DNA of 54,863 nucleotides from NCBI GenBank assembly GCA_016209535.1, contig JACQVW010000236.1:1-54863 (forward strand). Reading direction: 5' to 3'. The stretch's first letter is position 1, and each line of letters starts with the position of its first letter. The position numbers and the translations under genes are program-made. Origin of the DNA: Planctomycetota bacterium (lineage in GTDB: Bacteria > Planctomycetota > UBA8108 > SXIK01). Below, piece after piece: positions 47,510 to 54,863 of the stretch. A model generated the notes under the pieces. It saw only the letters and a program-made list of their open reading frames with translations, was not told where the DNA came from and did not search any database.

Positions 47510-49170
47510 GACTTGACCTCCTTGGAGCTCGGACGATGGGACTCGGGAAGGATCTCGTAGTAGAGACCGAAGAAGGTGACGAGCCCCCAGCGCTTCCCGC
47601 GCAGGGGATCTGCGGGCACCCTCGTGTCCACGCCTCCGGGCTGCTGGATCTGAGCTTGGAGCCCTTTGAACTGGGTCTGGAGGTTCGAGATGTTCGTGTG
47701 GAGCTCGCCGATCCTCGCGCTCGAGTACTTCTGCTGGAAGTCGTTGAGGGGCGCGTAGGCCTTGGGGTTCCCGATGCCGAGCGAGATGCTCGGGCCCGTC
47801 TTCGAGAGGCCGAACTGGAGCTTCCCGCCCATCTCGAAGAACGTGTTCGCCGTCCCCGTCAGCGTCTTCAGCCCGATGTGGCCCGCGATGCCGAGCCGGT
47901 TGTTCATCTCGTGAAACTTGTTCTCGAACATCTGCGCCGCGACGTGGACCTTCTGGAGCACGGTGCCGGGGTGGGCCTTCGCCAGATCCTCCGCCTCGGA
48001 GAGGATCCAGTCTTTCCGGAGCTTGTAGAGGCGGGAGAGGTTGTGCTCGGCTATCTTCTCGCAGAGCGGCCTTTCCAGGACCTCGGCGAACGTCGTCTCG
48101 GCCTGGTCGAAGTCCCCCAGCACGACCTCGGTGCAGCCCCTGCCGTTGAGCGCGAGAGAGAAGGCCGGAGAGATCTCCAGCGCGGCGCGGAACGCCTTGG
48201 ACGCCCCCGGCGCGCCGTCGCTCAAGAGGATCGCCCTCGTTCCCGCGCTCGCGTGCGCGTCCGCGAGGCCGGGACAGAGCCGCCTGGCGTCCTCGAGGTC
48301 GACCAGGGCGCTGTCGTGGTCCTCGAGGGCGCACGCGACGGCAGCCCTCGCGTTGAGGACGAGCGCGGTCCAGAGGGCCACGGAATCGCAGTCGCGCACC
48401 TCCGTGGTGGTGACCACCACGATGCGCAGCGCCCGCAGGGCCTCTTCCCACCGCCTCTGGCGGGCGAGCGCGTCGGCGCGGAGGTACGTGGCGGCGACAT
48501 GGCCCGCGTTCCGGACCGAGAGCTCCTCGGTCCAGCGGTCCCAGGCCTGGAGGTCACCCTCGCCGGAGGCGAAGCGGAAGAGGGCGAAGGACTCGTCGTT
48601 GCGGTTGCGGGCGAGGCAGGCGTGCGCCGCGACGAGACGGAAGACGGGCGAGAGGTACGGTTCTTCGGCGAGCCGGGCCGCCGCGATCGCCCGGTCCCAG
48701 TCCAGGGCGAGGATCGCCGCCTCGACCTCGTCCCGGATGGGCGTCCTCGGCTCCGAGAAGAGCGCATCTCGCGGAGCGGAGGCCTGCCTGGGCCGCTGCG
48801 CCTTCGCCTCCTCCCCCCTCTGGCTCGCGAGCGCCGCCTTCAGGGCCCCCTCCCCCTCGGCATCGAGGGGCTTCCGGTCGCCGTCGAGGGCGACGCCGGG
48901 TCCGAAGGTCCCCGTCGAGGGGTCCCACGGATGGAAGTGGGAGGCCGCATCCTTCCGCGCCCGGGGCCCCGGACCGTCGTGCCACTGCCCCTCCTCCGTC
49001 AAGCCGACCTTCCCCGTGTGCCCCCCCGTCGCGTGGAAGCTCACGTTCCACGCGGCCCGAGAGGCCGGCGCCGCGCCGGCCCCGCCGGGGTCTTGGCCCC
49101 CGGGAGCTCCACTCTCCTCGGCGAAGGCCGCCGCCGAAAGGGCGAATGCGATGAAGACGCTCCTATGCAT
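47506..49170 (-). CDS. Secreted TPR-repeat protein
   Basis: AGGAGG RBS; signal peptide MHRSVFIAFALSAAAFA; TPR motifs (AFRAALEISPAFSLALNGRG); non-TPR C-terminal domain. Confidence 0.85.
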   Translation of the reverse strand: MHRSVFIAFALSAAAFAEESGAPGGQDPGGAGAAPASRAAWNVSFHATGGHTGKVGLTEEGQWHDGPGPRARKDAASHFHPWDPSTGTFGPGVALDGDRKPLDAEGEGALKAALASQRGEEAKAQRPRQASAPRDALFSEPRTPIRDEVEAAILALDWDRAIAAARLAEEPYLSPVFRLVAAHACLARNRNDESFALFRFASGEGDLQAWDRWTEELSVRNAGHVAATYLRADALARQRRWEEALRALRIVVVTTTEVRDCDSVALWTALVLNARAAVACALEDHDSALVDLEDARRLCPGLADAHASAGTRAILLSDGAPGASKAFRAALEISPAFSLALNGRGCTEVVLGDFDQAETTFAEVLERPLCEKIAEHNLSRLYKLRKDWILSEAEDLAKAHPGTVLQKVHVAAQMFENKFHEMNNRLGIAGHIGLKTLTGTANTFFEMGGKLQFGLSKTGPSISLGIGNPKAYAPLNDFQQKYSSARIGELHTNISNLQTQFKGLQAQIQQPGGVDTRVPADPLRGKRWGLVTFFGLYYEILPESHRPSSKEVKS

Positions 49171-49224
49171 CGGTAACCTCCTGGTCCTGTGTTGCGATCC
49201 CTCGGAACCCTCCTCGCGCCCCGC

Positions 49225-50178
49225 TCACCCGCCGTGCTGGAAGGAGGCCGCGTCCTTCCCGCCGCTCCCGTAGAAGACGTTCGTCCCCTCGTAGGCGACC
49301 CAGCCGTACTCGATCCCCAGGTCGACGAGCTCGTCGCGCATCGCGCGGAAGGCCGCGAACGAGTCGCCGTTGAGGAGGATCCTCACCCGCGTCGTGATCT
49401 TGAATTGCGGCGCCGAGAGCCTGCCGACCAGGGCCGAGCCGGGCTTGAGGGCATCCTCGATGCCGAGCCCCTCCACGTCCTTCTCCTTCACCATGAGGAG
49501 GATCCCGTTCATGGGCCCGATCGACTTGTAGTACGGGGCCTCCACGGGAAGGACCTTCCCCTTCGCGAGCACGAGGTCGAAGGTCTTCGACCGCTTGACC
49601 TGGCGGTTCACGATGGGCGTCCCCGCCTTGAAGGAGACCTTGTCCTTCCCGGCCCTGGCCTTCTCGGCCTCGGCGCGCGCGAGCTCGCTCTCCAGCCGCT
49701 CCTTCTCCCGCTTGAGCCGCTCGAGCTCCTCGTCGCGGCCCTTCAAGTCGTCCTCGAGAGCCTTGAGCTCGCCCTCCTTCGCCTCCCGCTCCTCGAGCTT
49801 CGCCCGGAGCTGCACGATGGCGGCCTCCAGGCCGGCCCGGGCCCCGAGCAGCCGTTCGAGGGTCGCCTGAAGCCGCTCCAGGAGCTTCCGGGCCGTGGAG
49901 AGCACCCCGGAGGTCGGCCTCCCGCCCTCCGGGAGATCCCCGGGGGCCTCACCCGGCCCCGCCGCCTCGGGGCACGGCGGCACAGCCCTCGCCGCCGCGG
50001 CGGGCCCGGGGCCCTCGCCGGACGGCGCCGCTTGCCCGAAGACCTTCGCGATGAACGCGGCGGCGAAGAAGGCGATGATCAGCGCGGCCAGCACGGACCA
50101 CACCGAAGCCGCCGGGACGCCCCTCGACGCGTGATTCCTGTCCTGCGTGTCCAACATGTCCAGGTCCTCCGTGTGCAT
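49225..50178 (-). CDS. Single-TM coiled-coil protein with ExbD-like C-terminal alpha/beta domain
   Basis: TGATG overlap with the upstream gene; TM segment SVWSVLAALIIAFFAAAFIA; heptad region; ILLNGDSFAAFRAMRDEL..LG..YGW. Confidence 0.75.
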   Translation of the reverse strand: MHTEDLDMLDTQDRNHASRGVPAASVWSVLAALIIAFFAAAFIAKVFGQAAPSGEGPGPAAAARAVPPCPEAAGPGEAPGDLPEGGRPTSGVLSTARKLLERLQATLERLLGARAGLEAAIVQLRAKLEEREAKEGELKALEDDLKGRDEELERLKREKERLESELARAEAEKARAGKDKVSFKAGTPIVNRQVKRSKTFDLVLAKGKVLPVEAPYYKSIGPMNGILLMVKEKDVEGLGIEDALKPGSALVGRLSAPQFKITTRVRILLNGDSFAAFRAMRDELVDLGIEYGWVAYEGTNVFYGSGGKDAASFQHGG

Positions 50179-51254
50179 CAGGCCCCCGGGTAAGCGAGCT
50201 GCCAGGCGGCGTCCACGGGCTCGTACCCGAGGTCGACCAGCGCCCGAGAACGAGCGTTGTGCTCCTCGAGGATCTCCCGGTATCGATCGAACGCCTTGAA
50301 GCCGTCGGGGCGTACGAGGAAGAGCACGTAGCCCCTCTCCCGCGCCGCCTTGAGGAACGCTTCCTTCGCGTCGGCCGGGGCCGCCTTCTCGAAGAGCTGG
50401 CGCGCCGGCATCGCCCAGGCGCCCTTCCCGTCGCACTCGACGAAGAGGGGCGCCTTCGTGGTCCCGCCCCGCACGAGGTCCCGGGCCGGGATCTTCTGAA
50501 GGTCGTCCCGCTCGCGCCGGACGGCAGCCACTTGTCCCTCCAGGCCCTCGGTCTCCTTCCGCAGCTTGGCGATGAGCTCCTCCCTCTCCTCGCGGGACAT
50601 CCGCAGGGAGCCCACTCGCTTCTCGAGGTCCGCCAGCGCCTCGAGGCGGTCCTCGAGCCGCGCCAGCTCGTGCCGCAGGCTCTCCGCCTGCGCGCGCTCG
50701 GCCGCGACCCGCGAGGCCGTGGCGCGCAGCTCGGCCTCCACGCCGGCGAGGAGCCGCTTCTCGTCCTCGAGACGGGACGCCTGCTCGGTCCGCTCCTCCA
50801 GGTCGGTCTCCAGGCGCGCCGCCTCGGCCGACCTGGCGTCGAAGTCCCGGCAGCGCGCCCGGAGGGCATCGACGTCCGCCAGGGCCGCCTCCCGGCCCCG
50901 CCGGAGGTCGGCGAGAGCGGACTCGACCTCCTCCCGCTCGCGCCTGGCCTTCTCGACGACCTGCTCATCGCCAGCCGCCTCGGATTCGCCCGGCATCCGG
51001 CGGCGCAGGGCCGCCAGGAGGCGGGCCCACTCCCGCTCGACGTCCCTGGCCGACTTGAGCCGGGCCGCGAGCGAGCGGTGCTCCCCGGCAGCCCTTGCCT
51101 CGAGGGCCGCGAGGGCCTCGCCCTTCGGCGCCAGCACGGTGGCCAGGAAGCCGATCGAGATGAACGCGATGGTGAGGAGCAGGAGGAAGTCGGCCACCGA
51201 TGTCCCGCCGCCGCTCCCCGAGCTCTTCTTCGTAGTCATCGACCTGGTTCGCAT
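50178..51254 (-). CDS. MotB/ExbD-like single-TM coiled-coil protein
   Basis: TM segment SVADFLLLLTIAF carries an Asp; long coiled coil; C-terminus PLFVEC...LFLVRPDGFKAF...GYEPVDAAW. Confidence 0.78.
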   Translation of the reverse strand: MRTRSMTTKKSSGSGGGTSVADFLLLLTIAFISIGFLATVLAPKGEALAALEARAAGEHRSLAARLKSARDVEREWARLLAALRRRMPGESEAAGDEQVVEKARREREEVESALADLRRGREAALADVDALRARCRDFDARSAEAARLETDLEERTEQASRLEDEKRLLAGVEAELRATASRVAAERAQAESLRHELARLEDRLEALADLEKRVGSLRMSREEREELIAKLRKETEGLEGQVAAVRRERDDLQKIPARDLVRGGTTKAPLFVECDGKGAWAMPARQLFEKAAPADAKEAFLKAARERGYVLFLVRPDGFKAFDRYREILEEHNARSRALVDLGYEPVDAAWQLAYPGA

Positions 51255-51281
51255 GGTGTCACGGTTCCTTTCGTTCGAGGG

Positions 51282-51698
51282 TCAAGGCTGAGCCCACCGG
51301 GCCAAGGCCTCGGCGAGGAGCCTCTCGAGGCCCGCGATCTGCTCGAGGAGCCCCTCGATGAGGGCGCCCTTCTCGGCGCTCGCCGACCGGAGCTGACCGA
51401 TCCACAGGTCGAGCTCGTGGAGGAGCCTCAGGCGCTCCTGGAAGACCTCCTTCTCCCTGCCGAGGTCCTCGAGGGCCTCGCGCTCCTCGTCGAGGAGCGC
51501 GCCCGCCCCCTCGAGGACGTCGGCCAGCCGCTGGAGGGCCGACAGCCGCTCGAGGCCCGTCAGGTACTCGGACCTGTCGCGCTCCGCGGCGACGACGGCC
51601 ATGTTCCCCACGTAGAAGAAGGCCGCGAAGATCATGAGGGAGAAGAGGAAGAGGAGGGCGCAGAGCTTGCTCAGGTCAGGACCGGCGCGACGCTTCAT
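51282..51698 (-). CDS. Small single-TM coiled-coil protein
   Basis: PDLSKLCALLFLFSLMIFAAFFY TM segment then Leu/Glu heptads; GGAGG RBS; starts 3 nt after the upstream stop. Confidence 0.75.
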   Translation of the reverse strand: MKRRAGPDLSKLCALLFLFSLMIFAAFFYVGNMAVVAAERDRSEYLTGLERLSALQRLADVLEGAGALLDEEREALEDLGREKEVFQERLRLLHELDLWIGQLRSASAEKGALIEGLLEQIAGLERLLAEALARWAQP

Positions 51699-51701
51699 GG
51701 A

Positions 51702-52808
51702 TCAACCTCCAGTGCCGTTCCCCACGGGCTCTGCGATCCGGCGGCCGCGCTGGCCCGGGTACCGGATCAGGACCTGCGGCCGCTCGCCGAGCTTCTCCTT
51801 GACGTCCGAGAGCTCGGCGGTCATGAGCGCGCGGGTCCTTTCGCCGTCGGCCTCGGCGGCGCGGGTCACGGCCGCCGCAGCCTCGCCGCACACCTTCTCC
51901 ACGAGCACCCCGGCCAGGCGCGCGTCGTGGGCCTCGAGCGCCTCCATGTGCTTCCTGGCGAGGTCCTCCAGGGCGGACTTGAGCGCAGCCACGGCGCCTG
52001 AGACGAGGTTGGCGAAGGACTCGGCCGTCTTGTCGACGAGCGCCTCGGCCACCTTGGGGAGGCGGTCCTCGAGGATCCAGGACGCCTGAGCCGCCACGTC
52101 GGGGACGGCCCCGGCGAAGCCCAGCTTCTCGCTCAGGTAGTCATCGAGGCCGCGCAGCGCGGCCGACTCGACCCAGTGCACGAGGGCCACCAGCACGCTG
52201 GCCGAGAGGCCGCAGATCACCGCAAGGACCGTCGTGTCGAGGGCCGTCCCGAGGGCAGCGGTGAACTGGCTGAGGCACCTCTTGAGCTCCTCCGTGGTGA
52301 TGTCGGCGAGGTTCGGGAACGTGCCCGCGAGCTGCCGGCTCACGCCGTAGATCGTCCCGAAGAAACCGAGGGCCAGCATGAGCTGGATCGACCCGGAGAC
52401 AAGCGCGTAGGAGCGCTCGAGCTCGTCCGCGTCGCGCTCGGCCAGCTCCTTGCCGCAGGCCGCGACGGCCGCGGGGCCTCCCTTCTTCCGCGCCTCGCGG
52501 AGCCGCTCGATCCGGGCCGCGGCCGCCGGGGCGAGGCCCGAGCGATCGGAGGGGCTCTCGCGGAGCCGCCGGAGGCTCACGGCGAGCCGGCGGCCTTCGC
52601 GGGCCCTGCAGACGACGATGATCAAGGAGAAGAACGCGACGGCGAGGGTCATCCACTGGATCGCCGTGCGGTTGAAGAAGAAGTCGTGGATCGGCTTCGG
52701 GTCCGCCAGGAGCGGCTCGAGGCCGAAGAGGACCCCGAGGAGGAACGCTGCCGTGGCCACCACGGCACCCCCGGCGAAGATGGCGATCTGAGAGATCCGA
52801 TAGCTCAT
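51702..52808 (-). CDS. MotA/TolQ/ExbB proton channel family protein with helical C-terminal tail
   Basis: AAGGAG RBS, ATG 52808; four TM segments; LGFFGTIYGVS and LGTALDTT channel motifs. Confidence 0.85.
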   Translation of the reverse strand: MSYRISQIAIFAGGAVVATAAFLLGVLFGLEPLLADPKPIHDFFFNRTAIQWMTLAVAFFSLIIVVCRAREGRRLAVSLRRLRESPSDRSGLAPAAAARIERLREARKKGGPAAVAACGKELAERDADELERSYALVSGSIQLMLALGFFGTIYGVSRQLAGTFPNLADITTEELKRCLSQFTAALGTALDTTVLAVICGLSASVLVALVHWVESAALRGLDDYLSEKLGFAGAVPDVAAQASWILEDRLPKVAEALVDKTAESFANLVSGAVAALKSALEDLARKHMEALEAHDARLAGVLVEKVCGEAAAAVTRAAEADGERTRALMTAELSDVKEKLGERPQVLIRYPGQRGRRIAEPVGNGTGG

Positions 52809-52984
52809 GAAGGGCTCCTTGGCGTGCTGGGGATTCACGGGGAGCTCGTGGACACCGACCATGCTCCCCCGAGCCCCCCCCGGGGGCTCGGCGCGCCGCG
52901 TGGCGTGCGTTTCTGGGAGGGATAGACGCGGGGGAGAGAGAAGCGTCCACGAGGAGCTCGGCGGGGCGGGGCGGCCCGGCGCGC

Positions 52985-53014
52985 TTGACGGGCTTCCAGA
53001 CGAGGCGGCAGAAT
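52985..53014 (+). promoter_or_regulatory. Putative sigma70-type promoter for the ECF operon
   Basis: TTGACG-18 nt-CAGAAT; suggests the TTG at 52985 is a -35 box rather than the start codon. Confidence 0.45.
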
Positions 53015-53092
53015 AGCCCTACGAGCAGCACAGCCGCCGAGGTGCCTTCGCAGCTCAAGGAGGTGCGCTCGAACTGGAGGCTCTGGTCCGGC

Positions 53093-53686
53093 GTGCCTTC
53101 CCCAAAGAACTGCACCTGTCCGCCCGACGACTGCGCCGCCGCCGTCCGACGCGCCCTCGCCGGAGACCAGGAGGCCTATTCCTGGATCGACGAGAAGTTC
53201 CGGCCGATCGCTGAGCGCCTGGCGAGGCGGGTCATCGGCAGGAACCGCCACGCGGACTGGGAGGACTGCGCCCAGGAGGCCATGATCAAGGTGCACATCC
53301 GTCTGGGGCAATGGAAGGGCAGGGCGCCCTTTTGCACCTATGTCATGGTGGTGGCGGCGAGGACGGCCCTCGACGCCTTGCGAGGCGACAGGGTGCGGCG
53401 CAGGCATCTCCCGACGACGGGCTCGTGGTCGGAAGAGCCTGATGCCGGGGCGTTCGACCCCGGGACGGACGAGGCTCCCTCGGAAGCCAAAGGAATCGAG
53501 CCGGATGCCCTGGACTGCCTCGAGAAGACCGTGGCCAGCATGGATCCAATGGACGCCCGGATCTTCCAGCTCTGGAGCGAGGGGGGGAGCGTCCGGCAAA
53601 TCGGCGCAGCGGTGGGGCTGTCCCACGGCGCCGTGCAGAACCGCTTGCGGCAGAGCTTCGAACGACTCAGGCCATGCTTCTCCTGA
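53093..53686 (+). CDS. ECF-type RNA polymerase sigma factor
   Basis: Region 2: VRRALAGDQEAY...EDCAQEAMIKV...FCTY...ALDALR. Region 4: SVRQIGAAVGLSHGAVQNRL. Start uncertain (GTG 53093 or 53042). Confidence 0.88.
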   Translation: MPSPKNCTCPPDDCAAAVRRALAGDQEAYSWIDEKFRPIAERLARRVIGRNRHADWEDCAQEAMIKVHIRLGQWKGRAPFCTYVMVVAARTALDALRGDRVRRRHLPTTGSWSEEPDAGAFDPGTDEAPSEAKGIEPDALDCLEKTVASMDPMDARIFQLWSEGGSVRQIGAAVGLSHGAVQNRLRQSFERLRPCFS

Positions 53687-53756
53687 CGAAACTCCCCCGA
53701 CCTGCCCGTGGACAGCGCACCCGCAGCGGAGTCTTATCTCTAGAGCGGAGTCTCCC

Positions 53757-54482
53757 ATGACGACCCAAGACGACTCCTCGAAAAAATACCGGCGGCTTGC
53801 GAGGCTCGTGCGAGCGTGGCAGGCGGAGGAGAAGGCGCCTCCGGGGGGAGTCGACGACGAGACCCTGGCGTGCTTTGTCACGGGCCTGTGCTCGGAGACA
53901 GAGCGCCAGCGCGTCGAGAAGGCCATGGCGGCCGATCCTGACCTCAGGGAGGCCGTCTCGATCCTCCGGTCGGAGGTTGCGGCGGCCGAGCCGTCTGCCT
54001 CCTGGGAGCTGGGGAAAGCAGGGGCCAGGCTCGTCGAGCGGCTCAGGGTCTGGCTCGACGAGACGGGAGAGACCCTCGCCCGCGGTCTCGGGCATCTCCT
54101 CGAGGTGCAGCAGACGCAGCTCGGCTGGGCAGTCCACATGGGCCACGGTTCCGTGGTGGGCACGCGGCCGGCGGGGGCAGCGTGGCGCCTGCCGCTCCCG
54201 GGGAAGCACTGCGTTCTCGCCCTGGAGCTGAAGCCCCAGGCTCGAGCGGAATGGGAGGCCCGCGTCCGCCTCGATGGCGAGGATGCGGCGATCGTGGCGC
54301 GGAGCACTCTGACCGTGGCCAGGTCCGGCGAGGTACCGGAGGTCCAAGGCCCCCTCGAGAGCCTCCTCGGCAAGCCCCTCCCGCTGGGGGCCGGCGACTG
54401 GGAGATCCGCCTGGTCCTGGGGGGCGAGTCGTGGAGCCTGCCGCTGACGGTGGGGGGCTCCGGGACCACGCCGGGACATTGA
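53757..54482 (+). CDS. Soluble anti-sigma-like protein
   Basis: DDETLACFVTGLCSETERQRVEKAMAADPDLRE resembles an anti-sigma domain lacking HxxxCxxC; beta-rich C-terminus; no TM; follows the ECF gene. Confidence 0.7.
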   Translation: MTTQDDSSKKYRRLARLVRAWQAEEKAPPGGVDDETLACFVTGLCSETERQRVEKAMAADPDLREAVSILRSEVAAAEPSASWELGKAGARLVERLRVWLDETGETLARGLGHLLEVQQTQLGWAVHMGHGSVVGTRPAGAAWRLPLPGKHCVLALELKPQARAEWEARVRLDGEDAAIVARSTLTVARSGEVPEVQGPLESLLGKPLPLGAGDWEIRLVLGGESWSLPLTVGGSGTTPGH

Positions 54483-54501
54483 GGCGGGCACGGAGGAGCC
54501 C

Positions 54502-54863
54502 ATGCCGCGGCGCATCCCCACCAGGCTCCTCGTGGTCTCCTACCTGCGGGACCACGAGGGGCTGGAGCGTCTCGAGTACAAGCAAGCCGCCGGCTCGGAG
54601 GAGGAGTCTCTCCCCCCTGCGGTGAGCCTGACCGTCCACTGGCAGACGATCCGCAGCCTCATCGATGGCGTCCACGCCAGGCTCGGCGACGTCATGGACC
54701 TGGCCCGCCTGCGCAGGGCGCGGGACGGCACGGGGATCGATGGCCCCGCTGCCGACCTCGCCGCCCATGTGCTCCCGAAGGCCTGTTTCGCCGGCGTGCT
54801 CGAACCGCCGCTGCATCCGCACTTCGACATCACCCACAACCTCCCCGCGGAGATCCCGTGGGA
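54502..54863 (+). CDS. Partial CDS, probable CHAT (caspase-like) domain protein; runs off the window
   Basis: GGAGGAG RBS; open to the window end. My translation MPRRIPTRLLVVSY...LAAHVLP...NLPAEIPW(E/D) ends at a CHAT-type (L/I)PWE motif. Confidence 0.55.
   Translation, partial: MPRRIPTRLLVVSYLRDHEGLERLEYKQAAGSEEESLPPAVSLTVHWQTIRSLIDGVHARLGDVMDLARLRRARDGTGIDGPAADLAAHVLPKACFAGVLEPPLHPHFDITHNLPAEIPW

Noticed and set aside
19825-47560. Very long opposite-strand or alternative-frame ORFs (e.g. 19825-23352 -, 27186-30524 +, 39782-44197 +, 44234-47560 +)
   Set aside because: Shadow ORFs typical of high-GC DNA: they overlap motif-bearing genes and have low-complexity R/G/P/A-rich translations.
49225-52808. 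Zorya defence system or flagellar stator
   Set aside because: The partners lack an OmpA-like peptidoglycan-binding domain, and no ZorC/D/E-like helicase or nuclease, or flagellar genes, are present. The similarity is limited to the MotA-like channel.
1-54863. Very frequent CTCGAG hexamer
   Set aside because: Largely explained by preferred CTC-GAG (Leu-Glu) codon pairs; true over-representation cannot be claimed without a codon-aware count.

Overview
High-GC bacterial DNA that looks planctomycete-like, inferred from two DUF4058 genes, DUF1598-like domains and three secreted proteins ending in the same dockerin-like module. All family calls come from reading motifs by eye; no searches were run. 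The left half (1-27.8 kb) is a mixed accessory region: secreted cohesin/dockerin-like proteins, a PL11 rhamnogalacturonan lyase, a beta-helix enzyme, a Tat-exported Gfo/Idh/MocA oxidoreductase, an Nramp-like transporter, a kinase and a pseudokinase-ATPase, a C-N hydrolase, toxin-antitoxin-like modules, a local duplication and a candidate structured RNA. The right half holds the main signal, a tightly coupled ~25 kb minus-strand cluster of 13 genes (52808->27786). In order it encodes a MotA/TolQ/ExbB-like channel, three single-TM coiled-coil partners, a secreted TPR protein, a secreted 2xDUF1598-like/YD-repeat protein, a 1552-aa helical-repeat protein, a single-AAA Clp ATPase with doubled N-domain, a Ser/Thr kinase-TPR, a TPR protein with three 114-aa repeats, an HPD-less J-like protein and two atypical Hsp70s. 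It sits divergent from an ECF sigma factor, an anti-sigma-like gene and a probable CHAT gene. I cannot match this arrangement to a named system; it is a candidate envelope-spanning, chaperone-coupled signalling or conflict system. No rRNA, tRNA, CRISPR array or transposase was seen.
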